DNA of 64,000 bases from an uncultured delta proteobacterium (lineage in GTDB: Bacteria > Desulfobacterota > Binatia > UBA9968). Shown piece by piece: positions 32,938 to 43,439 of this stretch (positions within the stretch are counted from its first letter, which is position 1; every line of letters begins with the position of its first letter). Where the stretch lies: NCBI GenBank assembly GCA_963755715.1, contig CAVWLW010000057.1:63832-127831 (forward strand). The letters are read 5' to 3'. A model generated the notes under the pieces. That model had not been told where the DNA came from and did not search any database. It saw nothing but the letters and a program-made list of their open reading frames with translations. The position numbers were made by a program, and so were the translations under genes.

Positions 32938-33164
32938 AAGCGCGCCCAAGCAGAGATTCGACAATACCAAGCGGGCTTGTTCTAGTTCTCGTTTTTAACG
33001 GTTTATCGATTTGGCGGAGGCAATCGCTACACCCAGATGGGAGCGTTCGCAGCACTCTGTTGTCCTTGGCCCGTTTAAGTCGCGGGCAATTCACGTCGCC
33101 TGCGTGGCGCAAGCGAACACCGCGCGACCCATCTAGAACGGGAGTCGCAACACTAGGGCTTATA

Positions 33165-33686
33165 TCAGCTTTTCAACAGTGCCGGTTCACGCCGCGGCGA
33201 TGCCGTTCGCGTCGTTTCACGCGCTATCGCGATTCGCCCAGTGCGAACCAGATCTTTGATCCCCAAGGGCTGAAGCATACTGATCATCGCTTCCACTTTA
33301 TCGACGTCGCCGGTGATTTCGATGGTATACGTGTTCGGCGAGGAATCAACGATCTTGGCGCGAAAGATGTCGGCCAGCCGGATCGCCTCGTCGCGATGTT
33401 CGGGTTTGGTGTGGACTTTAATCAGCGCCGTCTCGCGGTCGAGGAAGCGCATCTCGGTGAGATCGACGACTTTCAGCACTTCGACAACCTTGTTGAGCTG
33501 CTTCATGATTTGCTCGATAATCCGATCGTCACCCACCGTAACAATCGTAATCATCGAAGTCGTCGGATCCAACGTCGGCGCAACCGACAAACTCTCTATG
33601 TTATAACCGCGAGCGCTGAAAAGACCCGCAACTCTGGCGAGAACGCCAAACTTGTTTTCGACGAGCACCGATATGATATGTTCCAT
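33165..33686 (-). CDS. ilvN: Acetolactate synthase small subunit
   Basis: 'VLVENKFGVLARVAGLFSARGYNIESL'. Confidence 0.95.
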   Translation of the reverse strand: MEHIISVLVENKFGVLARVAGLFSARGYNIESLSVAPTLDPTTSMITIVTVGDDRIIEQIMKQLNKVVEVLKVVDLTEMRFLDRETALIKVHTKPEHRDEAIRLADIFRAKIVDSSPNTYTIEITGDVDKVEAMISMLQPLGIKDLVRTGRIAIARETTRTASPRREPALLKS

Positions 33687-33698
33687 CCGCGAAAATCA

Positions 33699-35477
33699 TC
33701 AGGCAGGAAGAACGCCCTCCCCCTCATCAACCTTTCTCTTATGTGTTCCACCCTTTTTGGCAACCTTGAGCTCAGGAGGATCCTCGAGCATCATTTGGTG
33801 CTGGGCGCCGCCGGCGGGAATCATCGGGTAGCAGTTTTCATAGGGGTCGGTATGAATATCCATCAACACCGGTCCCTTGTGCTTCAGACCTTCTCTAAGA
33901 ACGGCTTCGACCTCGTTCGGTTTGACCGCGCGCAACCCTTTGATGCTGTAGGCATCGGCGAGCTTGACAAAATCCGGCATCTTTCCCAGCACGCTCGCCG
34001 AATACCGACTCTCATAAAAAAGATCCTGCCATTGTCTCACCATGCCGTGCACGCCGTTATTGAGTAAGACAATTTTCACCGGCATCTTATGCTCAGCGGC
34101 AACCACCAGTTCCTGCAAATTCATCTGAAAGCTGCCTTCACTGGTGATGCAGACAACTTGGCGATCAGGAAACGCAAACTGAGCGCCGAGAGCCGCTGGA
34201 AAACCAAAGCCCATCGTCCCGAGACCCCCCGAAGTCAACCAGGTGCGCGGTTTGTTTCCCTTGAAATACTGCGCCGCGAACATCTGATGTTGGCCCACGT
34301 CGGTCGCGACAATCGCTTCGTGTTTGGTCAACTCATAAAGCTTCTCGATGACGAACTGTGGCTTGATGATTTTGTCATCCTGAGTGTAAGTCAGCGGATG
34401 GCTTTCCTTCCACTCCTGGACTTGCCGAATCCACGGAGCCCTCAAAGCCTTGACCTGTGCCGGGTTGCCATCCAACGACCGCAGGATCACGTTGAGCTGA
34501 CGCACAACGGCTTTGACGTCGCCGACAATGGGAATATGCGCGTGAAACGTTTTCTTGATCGACGTCGGGTCGATGTCGATGTGGATGACGCGCGCTTCGG
34601 GACAAAACTCTGAAAGCTTGCCCGTAACGCGGTCATCAAAACGCGCTCCGACGGCGATCAACAGATCCGAGTAATGCATCGCCATGTTCGTCCAGTAGCC
34701 GCCATGCATGCCGAGCATGCCGAGCGACAGTGGATGGGTGCCGGGAAAACTTCCCAATCCCATCAGCGTCATCGTCACCGGAATCTGCGTGATCTCTGCA
34801 AGCTCGCGAATTTCATCGGCGGCATCGGAAAAAACCGCGCCGCCGCCGACGTAGATGATCGGCTTTTTGGCCTTCAGGATCTCTTCGGCTGCCTGTTTGA
34901 TTTGCTGTTTGTTGCCGCCGACCGTCGGGTTGTAGCCGCGCAGATTTACTTTATCGGGGTATTTGAATTCAGCCTTGGCCGTGCTCACGTCTTTCGGAAT
35001 ATCGACCAGCACCGGCCCGGGCCTGCCGCTGGTCGCGATATAAAAGGCCTCTTTGATGGTTTGCGCGAGATCGTTAACATCTTTCACAAGAACGTTATGC
35101 TTCGTGCACGGCCGGCTAATACCGACATTATCGGCTTCCTGAAAAGCGTCGTTGCCGATAAGATCCGTGGAAACCTGTCCGGTAAACGCAACCAATGGAA
35201 CGGAATCCATGTAAGCATCGGCCAGACCGGTCACGATGTTTGTCATACCAGGGCCCGACGTGACCAAGACGACGCCCGCTTTGCCGGTCGCTTTCGCGTA
35301 CCCTTCGGCCATGTGAGCCGCGCCCTGTTCGTGGCGAGTCAATATCAGATCGAGGTCCTTGCGCTGGCAGAGGACGTCGAAAATCTTCAACACCACGCCG
35401 CCGGGCAAACCAAAAATCGTTTTGACCCCTTCGCGCTTTAGCGATTCGCACAAAATTTCAGCCCCGGTCAATTTCAT
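33699..35477 (-). CDS. ilvB: Acetolactate synthase large subunit
   Basis: RHEQGA, TSGPG, SGGLGTMGFG, MVRQWQ. Confidence 0.97.
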   Translation of the reverse strand: MKLTGAEILCESLKREGVKTIFGLPGGVVLKIFDVLCQRKDLDLILTRHEQGAAHMAEGYAKATGKAGVVLVTSGPGMTNIVTGLADAYMDSVPLVAFTGQVSTDLIGNDAFQEADNVGISRPCTKHNVLVKDVNDLAQTIKEAFYIATSGRPGPVLVDIPKDVSTAKAEFKYPDKVNLRGYNPTVGGNKQQIKQAAEEILKAKKPIIYVGGGAVFSDAADEIRELAEITQIPVTMTLMGLGSFPGTHPLSLGMLGMHGGYWTNMAMHYSDLLIAVGARFDDRVTGKLSEFCPEARVIHIDIDPTSIKKTFHAHIPIVGDVKAVVRQLNVILRSLDGNPAQVKALRAPWIRQVQEWKESHPLTYTQDDKIIKPQFVIEKLYELTKHEAIVATDVGQHQMFAAQYFKGNKPRTWLTSGGLGTMGFGFPAALGAQFAFPDRQVVCITSEGSFQMNLQELVVAAEHKMPVKIVLLNNGVHGMVRQWQDLFYESRYSASVLGKMPDFVKLADAYSIKGLRAVKPNEVEAVLREGLKHKGPVLMDIHTDPYENCYPMIPAGGAQHQMMLEDPPELKVAKKGGTHKRKVDEGEGVLPA

Positions 35478-35487
35478 TATCGAGCTC

Positions 35488-35724
35488 CTAGTGAACCGCG
35501 CCCGTTTGACGATGTCGTTCGAGGATTTCCATCATGCGGTCCTTACCGACGAGTTTCAATTTTTGAATTCTTTTCATCTCGAGCTCTTCTTCCGGAGTCA
35601 AGTAATGTTTGTGTTGAAATTCGGCTAGCTTTTTCTCGAATTCCCGATGTTCCTCATAAAACTTTTTCAATTCTGGATCTTTGTCCAAAAGGGAGACAAT
35701 CGCGTGTTCTTCTTTAAATTCCAT
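35488..35724 (-). CDS. DUF465/YdcH-like coiled-coil protein
   Basis: 'YEEH.EFE.KL....LTPEEE....QKLKL.GKD'; AGGAGG RBS. Confidence 0.8.
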   Translation of the reverse strand: MEFKEEHAIVSLLDKDPELKKFYEEHREFEKKLAEFQHKHYLTPEEELEMKRIQKLKLVGKDRMMEILERHRQTGAVH

Positions 35725-35769
35725 ACAGCGGCCTCCTTGATAAATGTAAAAAATTTTTGAGCGGGACTC

Positions 35770-35798
35770 AATTTAACGTACCGAAATATCTTTGTCAA
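35770..35798 (-). promoter_or_regulatory. Sigma70-type promoter for DUF465-ilvBN
   Basis: Minus strand TTGACA-17 nt-TAAATT. Confidence 0.6.
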
Positions 35799-35831
35799 CG
35801 TAGGTTTCCGCGAGATTTCAACAACTTGGTA

Positions 35832-36566
35832 TCAAGTTTTTTTGTTTTCCGCTTCCGAGCGACGAAGATAGACCGGTGCCAACGCACCGAGGTCATCGAC
35901 CGACCCGACGCCGATTCGTTCCTGCGCAAGAAGCGCTACCCGCGAGGCTACCGTTGGATGATTCTCGCTTGGCGCCAGCGTCAAGCTGGCACCGAGTGAG
36001 TCGATCAGAAATTTTTCGTACACCTTCGCACCCTCGCCGATGGCGAGCAGCGACGAGCCATTACTGGTATATTTGCGCATCAAATCGACCGCGGAACTTA
36101 TCGAAGTCACCGATTCACCGCTGACGGCATTGATCGTTTTCCTCTCGCGGCGAAAGAAGCCCAGGTAGACCTCGCTCTTGCGCGCGTCGAGCAACGCACA
36201 AATGGTCTCGTCAAAAGCCAACGCTAAAGCCGCCGTCGCAAGTAATGTCGAGATGCCGACGGCCGGAAGGTCCCAACCATACGCAATCCCCTTGACCGTC
36301 GCCAATCCAATACGAAGTCCGGTAAACGAACCCGGCCCAATCGATACGGCGATCCCGGAAAGATCAGCGACGGTCATATGAGCGTTGCTTAAAACCGACT
36401 GGATAAGCGGCAGGATAATTTCGCCGTGATTTTTCCTAGGTTGGGAAGCTGCGCCATCGGCCGCGCCCTTGGTGCCGCCGTAAACTTCCTCCCCGAGCAG
36501 CGCGCCATCCTCAACCAGCGCGACGCTCGCGCTCGGTGTTGCCGTGTCGACGCCAAGAATCCTCAC
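35832..36566 (-). CDS. tsaB: tRNA threonylcarbamoyladenosine biosynthesis protein TsaB
   Basis: GPGSFTGLRIG, DARKSEVY, P.YLR. Confidence 0.95.
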   Translation of the reverse strand: MRILGVDTATPSASVALVEDGALLGEEVYGGTKGAADGAASQPRKNHGEIILPLIQSVLSNAHMTVADLSGIAVSIGPGSFTGLRIGLATVKGIAYGWDLPAVGISTLLATAALALAFDETICALLDARKSEVYLGFFRRERKTINAVSGESVTSISSAVDLMRKYTSNGSSLLAIGEGAKVYEKFLIDSLGASLTLAPSENHPTVASRVALLAQERIGVGSVDDLGALAPVYLRRSEAENKKT

Positions 36567-37645
36567 CCACCAACCTGTTTCTCAAAGAATCTGACGATGT
36601 CGTTATAGAAGGCATAAATCATCAACAGCGCCAGGAGACAGATACCGACTTGTTGGGCCATTTCACGATATTTGACCGAGACCGGCTTACGGATCACCGC
36701 CTCGACCAGAAAAAACAGCAAATGGCCGCCGTCTAGCACTGGCACCGGCAATAAATTGAGCACACCCAAATTGATGCTCAAAACCGCCAAGAAAGCGAGA
36801 AAACTGCCGAGCCCCTCCTGCGCTTGTTGACCGGCCATCTGCGCGATGAGGATCGGGCCGCCGATATTGCGTGGTGAGACATCGCCGGAAATCATTTTGA
36901 ACAACGCCAACAGCGTCAATTTTGAATAGTCGTAAGTTTGATAAAAAGCCCGCACCACCGCTAAACCGGGATTGCCTTTCTCGATCGAAACTTGACTACC
37001 GATGCCGATAATCCAATCGTCTTTGCGCTCGCCAAAAACAGTGCGGCCCTCTTTTTGGATCGGCTGCACAGTCAAGCTAACGGTTTCACTACCCCGGCTG
37101 ATCTGCAGATTGAGCGGCTTGCCGCCGCTCGCTTTTATGGTTTTCGAAAGCTCGTCCCATTCTTTGACCGGTTTGCCGTCGATGGCGACGATCCGGTCAC
37201 CCTTAGCAATCCCCGCGCGTTCGGCCGGCGAGCCCTTCTCGACGCCGCTGACTTGCGTCGACATCACCGGCACGCCGTAGAAGGTGAAAACAATCATGAG
37301 TAGAAATAACGCCAGCAGCAGATTGAATCCGGGTCCCGCGACCACAATCGCGATGCGCTTGAGCAGGCTTTTATGCGCGAAGGATTTCTCTACGTCTTCC
37401 GGGCGCACTTCTTCATCGGGGTCCTCGCCGACCATCTTGACGTAACCGCCGAGTGGAAAGGCGCTGAGCGCGTACTCGGTTTCGCCTTTTTTCTTGACCC
37501 AAAGCTTGGGACCGAAGCCCACCGAAAAGGTTAAAACCCCCACACCGCATAGCTTCGCCAACAAAAAGTGACCGAACTCGTGAAAAACGATGAGCAAGCC
37601 GAGTCCGATGATCGCTGCCCCGACTGAATAGACCAGATTTTCCAT
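36563..37645 (-). CDS. rseP: RIP metalloprotease RseP
   Basis: HEFGH, PDZ domain, NLLPVPVLDGG. Confidence 0.95.
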   Translation of the reverse strand: MENLVYSVGAAIIGLGLLIVFHEFGHFLLAKLCGVGVLTFSVGFGPKLWVKKKGETEYALSAFPLGGYVKMVGEDPDEEVRPEDVEKSFAHKSLLKRIAIVVAGPGFNLLLALFLLMIVFTFYGVPVMSTQVSGVEKGSPAERAGIAKGDRIVAIDGKPVKEWDELSKTIKASGGKPLNLQISRGSETVSLTVQPIQKEGRTVFGERKDDWIIGIGSQVSIEKGNPGLAVVRAFYQTYDYSKLTLLALFKMISGDVSPRNIGGPILIAQMAGQQAQEGLGSFLAFLAVLSINLGVLNLLPVPVLDGGHLLFFLVEAVIRKPVSVKYREMAQQVGICLLALLMIYAFYNDIVRFFEKQVGG

Positions 37646-37666
37646 TGATATCTCCTTCGGCGCTGG

Positions 37667-38815
37667 CTAGTGGATCCAGGACGAGGCTTTTTCTCTCGCC
37701 CAACGGTCTACTTCCAGGATTTCTCCGACTTCCGTCGCGCGCCGATTGCTATGTTTATGCATCGTCCGGGTAATTATACGATGAATTTCGCGAAATCCTA
37801 TCCGGCGATCCAAGAAAGCCGCGACCGCCACTTCATTGGCCGCGTTAAGCACAGTTGGCATGGTGCCACCCTCGCGTAACGCAGCATAGGCGAGGGACAA
37901 CGCTGGAAAACGTCTCTTTTCCAGCGGCATAAAGTTCAGTTGACCGTGGCGCTTAAGATCCAGCGGCGGCCAACTGCCTTCGAGCCGATGCGGAAATGCC
38001 AGCGCATAAGCGATGGGAATACGCATATCGGCAATGCCGAGTTGAGCGATGATCGAGCCGTCTTGATAGCGCACCATCGAATGCACCACACTCTCAGGAT
38101 GAATGACGACGTCGATGCGGTCGGGCTGCATATCAAACTCCCAACGGGCTTCGATGACTTCCAGGCCCTTGTTCATCATCGTCGCCGAGTCGATGGTGAT
38201 TTTTTGTCCCATCTTCCAGTTGGGATGCTTCAAGGCTTGCGCAACGCTGACTTTATCCAGTCGGCTCAACGGTGTGCGCAGAAACGGACCACCGGATGCA
38301 GTGAGAATAATCTTATCGACCTCGGCGCGGTGATTGCCCTGCAAACATTGGAACACCGCGCTATGCTCGCTATCGACCGGCAAAAGTCGCACGCCTCTTT
38401 GCTTCGCGGCGTCGACGAACAGTTCTCCGGCCATGACCAACGCTTCTTTGTTCGCGAGTGCGATCTCTTTACCGGCGAGAACTCCTTGGAGACATGGCAT
38501 AAGTCCCGCCCCGCCGACGATTGCCGCCAGCACCACGTCGACCTCGGCTGAAGAGGCGACGGCCGACGCGCCCGATTCACCCCACAAAATTTCAACTTTG
38601 TGATTGCCGAGCAGGCGGCGCAGCCGAGGCACATCCTGTTCATTGCGGATGGCGACACAATTGGGCGAAAACTCTTTGACCTGCTTGGCAAGCAGCATCA
38701 AGTTTTGTCCAGCCACCATACCGTGCACTCGAAACCGCTCGGGAAACTCGCGCACCAGCGCCAGCGTGCTGACACCGATGGAGCCCGTGGAGCCGAGCAA
38801 GGCGATTGTTTTCAC
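37667..38815 (-). CDS. dxr: 1-deoxy-D-xylulose 5-phosphate reductoisomerase
   Basis: LGSTGSIG, LANKE, PVDSEH, MNKGLEVIEA. Confidence 0.97.
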   Translation of the reverse strand: MKTIALLGSTGSIGVSTLALVREFPERFRVHGMVAGQNLMLLAKQVKEFSPNCVAIRNEQDVPRLRRLLGNHKVEILWGESGASAVASSAEVDVVLAAIVGGAGLMPCLQGVLAGKEIALANKEALVMAGELFVDAAKQRGVRLLPVDSEHSAVFQCLQGNHRAEVDKIILTASGGPFLRTPLSRLDKVSVAQALKHPNWKMGQKITIDSATMMNKGLEVIEARWEFDMQPDRIDVVIHPESVVHSMVRYQDGSIIAQLGIADMRIPIAYALAFPHRLEGSWPPLDLKRHGQLNFMPLEKRRFPALSLAYAALREGGTMPTVLNAANEVAVAAFLDRRIGFREIHRIITRTMHKHSNRRATEVGEILEVDRWAREKASSWIH

Positions 38816-39618
38816 GCGTGAAATACCCTTAGATAGGCCGTCGTAAATACCGCGGGAAAAATCAAGCTATCGAGCCGGTCAAGCATGCCGCCGTGTCCGG
38901 GCAGCCAATGGCCCGAATCTTTGACGGCAAAAATCCGCTTAATCCACGACTCGAAGAGATCACCGATCTGTCCTAAGATGCTCAAAGCCAACGCCAGTGC
39001 GAGGGTCTCGATCCAGCCGAGGGACTGGAGAAAGAACATTCGACCGATAATTCCTGCGCTCATTCCACCGACCAGGTACCCACATGCGCCTGCGACCGTT
39101 TTTGCAGGGCTCAGTTCCGGCGTAAGCTTGCGTCCGCCGAAACGCCGGCCGACGAAGTATGCCAGGGTGTCGCCTATCATAATCACGGACAAAACCCAGA
39201 ACACCCAGGCCCGTCCATGCGGATAATGAAACAATAAAATCCAATGAGGGAAAAAGTATCCAATATAAAATCCACCGAGCAACGCAACTAAGAGCCGGTT
39301 GAAGCGATCGGGCAATTGCCCGGCGCCGAAAAGATAGGCTGAGAATCCAACCAGCAGCACGACATCGATCCAGACGACGGGATCAAATCGGTCGCCGAGA
39401 AACACCGCGCCCGACAAACAAACGCCAAAGGCTATGCCCACCCATTGGTCTTTCCACCGACGCGGAAAGGCCATGGCAAAATATTCTCGCAATCCGACGA
39501 GCGTCAGAATAAAAAAAACTGCCGAAAACAGCCACGGCGGGCTCCAACCGACCAGCAACACCAGCAACGGTACACCGACGGCCGCGGTTGCGACTCTTGA
39601 GCTAAGATCGGCGTCCAC
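38812..39618 (-). CDS. cdsA: Phosphatidate cytidylyltransferase
   Basis: SPAKT, GDLFESWIKR, KDSG..LPGHGGMLDRLDS. Confidence 0.95.
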   Translation of the reverse strand: MDADLSSRVATAAVGVPLLVLLVGWSPPWLFSAVFFILTLVGLREYFAMAFPRRWKDQWVGIAFGVCLSGAVFLGDRFDPVVWIDVVLLVGFSAYLFGAGQLPDRFNRLLVALLGGFYIGYFFPHWILLFHYPHGRAWVFWVLSVIMIGDTLAYFVGRRFGGRKLTPELSPAKTVAGACGYLVGGMSAGIIGRMFFLQSLGWIETLALALALSILGQIGDLFESWIKRIFAVKDSGHWLPGHGGMLDRLDSLIFPAVFTTAYLRVFHA

Positions 39619-40381
39619 CGGCCTCCACCGAACGAGAGACGATGTCTTTGAGCTGTTCGTCGGTGCGGCCGAATCTGCGCCGCCGCCGCTGGTAGTCGAG
39701 CAGAGCCTGAAGATATTCCCTTTCGCGGAAATCAGGCCATAGCGTCGGCGTCACGTATAATTCGCTATAGGCGATCTGCCAGAGATAAAAATTGCTGATG
39801 CGCATTTCACCGCTGGTACGGATCAAAAGATCGGGGTCGGGCACCCCGTTCGTATCGAGGCGCGCCGCGACGCTCTCTTCGTCGATCTGATCGGGGTCAA
39901 GGTCCTGAGCGCGCGCCTCACGCGCGATTTGTTGGATCAAGCGCACGATCTCGTCGCGGCCGCTGTAACTCAACGCGAGAATCACGGTCATACGCTGATT
40001 ATCGCGCGTGAGCTCGATGACCTTTTCTAAAATGGAGCGAACATTGCTCGGCAACCGTGACCGGTCTCCGACCGCCGTCAGGCGAATGCCGTAACGCATC
40101 ATTTTGGCCTGCTCAACCGCCAGATAATGTTCCAAGAGTCCCATGAGCGCATCGACTTCATCATGGGGTCGAAACCAATTCTCGGTGGAAAAAGCGTACA
40201 GCGACAGGTAGCGGATGCCAATCTTACGGCTCATCTCGACGATCACGCGAACCGAGGTTTTGCCGCGCCGATGCCCTTCGATCCGGCTTTTGCCGCGTAG
40301 CTTCGCCCAGCGGCCATTGCCATCCATGATAATGGCGACATGTTCGGGCAAACGGGATTTATCTAAGCCGTCTAGCTCCAT
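39602..40381 (-). CDS. uppS: Undecaprenyl diphosphate synthase
   Basis: IMDGNGRWA, FSTENW, IRTSGEMRISNF. Confidence 0.96.
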   Translation of the reverse strand: MELDGLDKSRLPEHVAIIMDGNGRWAKLRGKSRIEGHRRGKTSVRVIVEMSRKIGIRYLSLYAFSTENWFRPHDEVDALMGLLEHYLAVEQAKMMRYGIRLTAVGDRSRLPSNVRSILEKVIELTRDNQRMTVILALSYSGRDEIVRLIQQIAREARAQDLDPDQIDEESVAARLDTNGVPDPDLLIRTSGEMRISNFYLWQIAYSELYVTPTLWPDFREREYLQALLDYQRRRRRFGRTDEQLKDIVSRSVEAGGRRS

Positions 40382-40500
40382 CGTGGCTTTATAAGTGGAT
40401 TGGATTTCATGGGTGAGAGGCTCAAGCAATACCGGAAAGAACTCCGGATTATGCGATCAACGCGAGAGATTGAAAAAACGCAACGCCGGGGTGAGCGCGG

Positions 40501-41058
40501 CTAAACTGCCATGACCTCTTCTTCTTTCGCTTTAACAATCTTGTCGATCCGGCCGATAAAATCATCTGTCGCTTTTTGCACGCGGTCATGACCGTGTTTG
40601 GCGTCATCCGCGGTGATTTCCTTATTCTTCTCCGCCTCCTTCAAGTGCTCGAGAGCGACCCGGCGGTGATTGCGCACGGAAACGCGATACTCTTCGGCGA
40701 TCTTTTTGACGTGTTTAACCAATTCCTTGCGGCGCTCTTCAGTCAACTGCGGGATCGGAATACGGATGATCTTGCCGTCATTGCTCGGCGTTAGGCCGAG
40801 ATCCGACTTGAGGATCGCCTTTTCGATTTCCGTCATCGCGTTGCGATCGAACGGTTGAATCACGAGCAATCGCGGCTCCGGCGCGCTCAGCGTCGCCAAC
40901 TGAATCAGTGGGGTCGAGGCGCCGTAATAGTCGACCATGATATGTTCAAGCAGCGCGGTCGATGCCCGTCCGGTGCGAATCTTGGTCAATTCCTTGCGCA
41001 AGGCACTAACCGAACCCTCCATCTCTTTTTGCAAATGGGTAAAAACAGCCTCGTTCAT
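40501..41058 (-). CDS. frr: Ribosome recycling factor
   Basis: [18 protein letters not shown]. Confidence 0.97.
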   Translation of the reverse strand: MNEAVFTHLQKEMEGSVSALRKELTKIRTGRASTALLEHIMVDYYGASTPLIQLATLSAPEPRLLVIQPFDRNAMTEIEKAILKSDLGLTPSNDGKIIRIPIPQLTEERRKELVKHVKKIAEEYRVSVRNHRRVALEHLKEAEKNKEITADDAKHGHDRVQKATDDFIGRIDKIVKAKEEEVMAV

Positions 41059-41786
41059 CGCTTTCCTCCGCTAACCAGAGTGCCGATCGGCTCGCCGGAA
41101 ACGACTCGCTTAATGTTACCCTTTTCCATCAAGTTGAAAACGATTATCGGCAAATTATTGTCCATGCACAGAGAAATGGCGGTAGAGTCCATGACTTTGA
41201 GCTCGCGATTCAGCACCTCGATATAGCTGAGCTCCTCGAATTTGTTGGCACCCTCGTGCTTCAATGGATCGGCGTCGTAAACGCCGTCGACTTTGGTCGC
41301 CTTGAGAATCACCTCCGCGCCCACCTCCATGGCGCGCAGACTGGCCGTCGTATCGGTGGTGAAATAAGGATTGCCGGTGCCGCCGGCGAAGATAACGACT
41401 CTGCCCTTTTCCAAATGACGTGTCGCGCGCCGCCGAATGTAAGGCTCGGCCACTTGGCGCATCTCGATCGCCGAAAGCACACGCGTCGAAACGCCCAGTT
41501 TTTCCAAGGCGTCCTGCAAGGCGAGACTGTTGATCACGGTCGCCAACATGCCCATCGTGTCAGCGCTGGCCCGGTCCATGCCGATCTCGCTCGCGATCGC
41601 GCCGCGAAAAATATTGCCGCCGCCGACCACCAGCGCGAGTTCGCAACCCAGTTCCTTGACTTCCTTGATTTCCTGGGCGAATGCCTTGACCGTATTGCCG
41701 TCGATACCGAAATTGTGGACTCCGGCGAAAATCTCGCCGGTGACTTTGAGAATAATCCGTTTATACTTCGGCGCACCGTTATTCAT
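41055..41786 (-). CDS. pyrH: UMP kinase
   Basis: [23 protein letters not shown]. Confidence 0.97.
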   Translation of the reverse strand: MNNGAPKYKRIILKVTGEIFAGVHNFGIDGNTVKAFAQEIKEVKELGCELALVVGGGNIFRGAIASEIGMDRASADTMGMLATVINSLALQDALEKLGVSTRVLSAIEMRQVAEPYIRRRATRHLEKGRVVIFAGGTGNPYFTTDTTASLRAMEVGAEVILKATKVDGVYDADPLKHEGANKFEELSYIEVLNRELKVMDSTAISLCMDNNLPIIVFNLMEKGNIKRVVSGEPIGTLVSGGKR

Positions 41787-41806
41787 GGAGGTTTCAAGGC
41801 GCGTGC

Positions 41807-42415
41807 TTATTGTTTCACTGCCGCTTCGCCCAAATGATAGCGCGAGAAACGCCTGATTTGAATATTTTCACCGAGCCGACCGATCGATTCGTTAACGATG
41901 TCGGTGACCTTTTTGTCCGGGTCCTTGATAAAAGCCTGTTCGAGCAAACAGGCTTCGGAGTAGAAGCGCTCTATTTTACCCTCGACAATCTTATCGACGA
42001 CCTTTTCCGGCTTGCCGGTTTCCAGCGCCTGCTGGCGATAGATCGCCTTTTCTTTGTCGAGTTCCGCCGCCGGCACTTCCTCACGGCGCAAATAGCGCGG
42101 ATTCGCCGCCGCTACCTGCATGGCGATATCTTTGAGCAGCGATTGAAACTCCGCCGTGCGCGCGACAAAATCGGTTTCACAATTGATTTCCACGAGCACG
42201 CCGATCTTGCCGCCTGGATGGACATAAGCGCCCACGGCACCGTCCGCCGCCACCCGATCTGCTTTCTTCGCTGCCGCGGCTAACCCCTTCTGGCGCAGAT
42301 AATCGATAGCCTTTTGCACGTCCCCACCGGTCTCGGCTAGAGCCTTCTTGCAGTCCATCATACCCGCCCCGGTTTTTTCCCGAAGGTCTTTTACTGCACT
42401 TGCGCTTACTTCCAT
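41807..42415 (-). CDS. tsf: Elongation factor Ts (short form)
   Basis: [24 protein letters not shown]. Confidence 0.97.
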   Translation of the reverse strand: MEVSASAVKDLREKTGAGMMDCKKALAETGGDVQKAIDYLRQKGLAAAAKKADRVAADGAVGAYVHPGGKIGVLVEINCETDFVARTAEFQSLLKDIAMQVAAANPRYLRREEVPAAELDKEKAIYRQQALETGKPEKVVDKIVEGKIERFYSEACLLEQAFIKDPDKKVTDIVNESIGRLGENIQIRRFSRYHLGEAAVKQ

Positions 42416-42420
42416 CGAAT

Positions 42421-43200
42421 TTAAGCTCCTGCCGCGGCCACCCCTTCGTGCGCTCCGCTCGCCGAATCGGCTGCGGACCTATCGTCTTCTTTGCCTTTCA
42501 CCAGCGCTTGCTCATGAAGCAGCTTACCTTCGTTAATCGCGTCGGCGATCGACGAGCAAAACAGCCGGATAGCGCGAATGGCATCATCGTTTCCGGGCAC
42601 TTTGTAATCTATCATATCCGGATCGCAGTTGGTGTCGATCACGGCGATCACGGGAATACCGAGCTTGCGCGCTTCTTTAACCGCAATCTCTTCTTGCTTG
42701 GGATCAATAACGAAAATCGCGTCGGGAAGCTTACGCATGGTCTTGATCCCGCCGAGCGATTGTTCGAGCTTGGCCTTCTCGCGTGTGAGCCCCAACATTT
42801 CTTTCTTGGTTAAAGCGTCGACGATCTTGGGATCGTTCTCCATCTCCTCGATCTTGCGCAAACGCTCGATGCTTTGCCGGATCGTTGAAAAGTTTGTCAA
42901 TGTGCCGCCGAGCCAACGATTGTGGACGTGAAACATGCCACAACGCTCGGATTCTTCTCGAATCGCGTCTTGCGCCTGCTTTTTGGTGCCGACGAAAAGC
43001 ACATGACCGCCGGACGCCGCCAAATCGCGCACCACGGTTTCCAGCTCCTTGAACATCGTCACAGTTTGCTGCAAGTCGATAATATGTATGCCGTTACGAG
43101 CGCCAAAAATGTAGGGCTTCATCTTCGGGTTCCAACGGCTCGTCTGGTGGCCGAAATGAACGCCGGCCTCCAAAAGCTGTTTCATTGAAATATCGCTCAT
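42421..43200 (-). CDS. rpsB: 30S ribosomal protein S2
   Basis: [29 protein letters not shown]. Confidence 0.98.
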   Translation of the reverse strand: MSDISMKQLLEAGVHFGHQTSRWNPKMKPYIFGARNGIHIIDLQQTVTMFKELETVVRDLAASGGHVLFVGTKKQAQDAIREESERCGMFHVHNRWLGGTLTNFSTIRQSIERLRKIEEMENDPKIVDALTKKEMLGLTREKAKLEQSLGGIKTMRKLPDAIFVIDPKQEEIAVKEARKLGIPVIAVIDTNCDPDMIDYKVPGNDDAIRAIRLFCSSIADAINEGKLLHEQALVKGKEDDRSAADSASGAHEGVAAAGA

Positions 43201-43217
43201 AATCTACCGCTCCTTTT

Positions 43218-43292
43218 GGTTTTGTCCTCCCCTTTCTTCATCTCCGAGTCAAACCGTAGGGGGCACCTCGACGCGGATCGGAAAGGGTGTGA
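43218..43292 (-). ncRNA. rpsB leader (t44 / S2 autoregulatory element)
   Basis: Minus strand CACAC-CCTTTC...GGTGCC...GAAAGG-GGAGGACAAAACC, the conserved t44 pattern, directly 5' of rpsB. Confidence 0.7.
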
Positions 43293-43439
43293 ATTTTTAA
43301 CGAGATAGATGCTCGCATGGTGGCAAAAACCACTCATGCAAGTCCTTAGCACGCCAACAATTTGAAAAGGCTTTGGTAACCCTCGGGGTTTTAACAAAGT
43401 TCGGCGGACGACGCAAGAATGGAGAGGCGGCGCAGACGC

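Noticed and set aside
41807-42415. EF-Ts only 202 aa
   Set aside because: The short form of EF-Ts is normal in several bacterial lineages; not a truncation.
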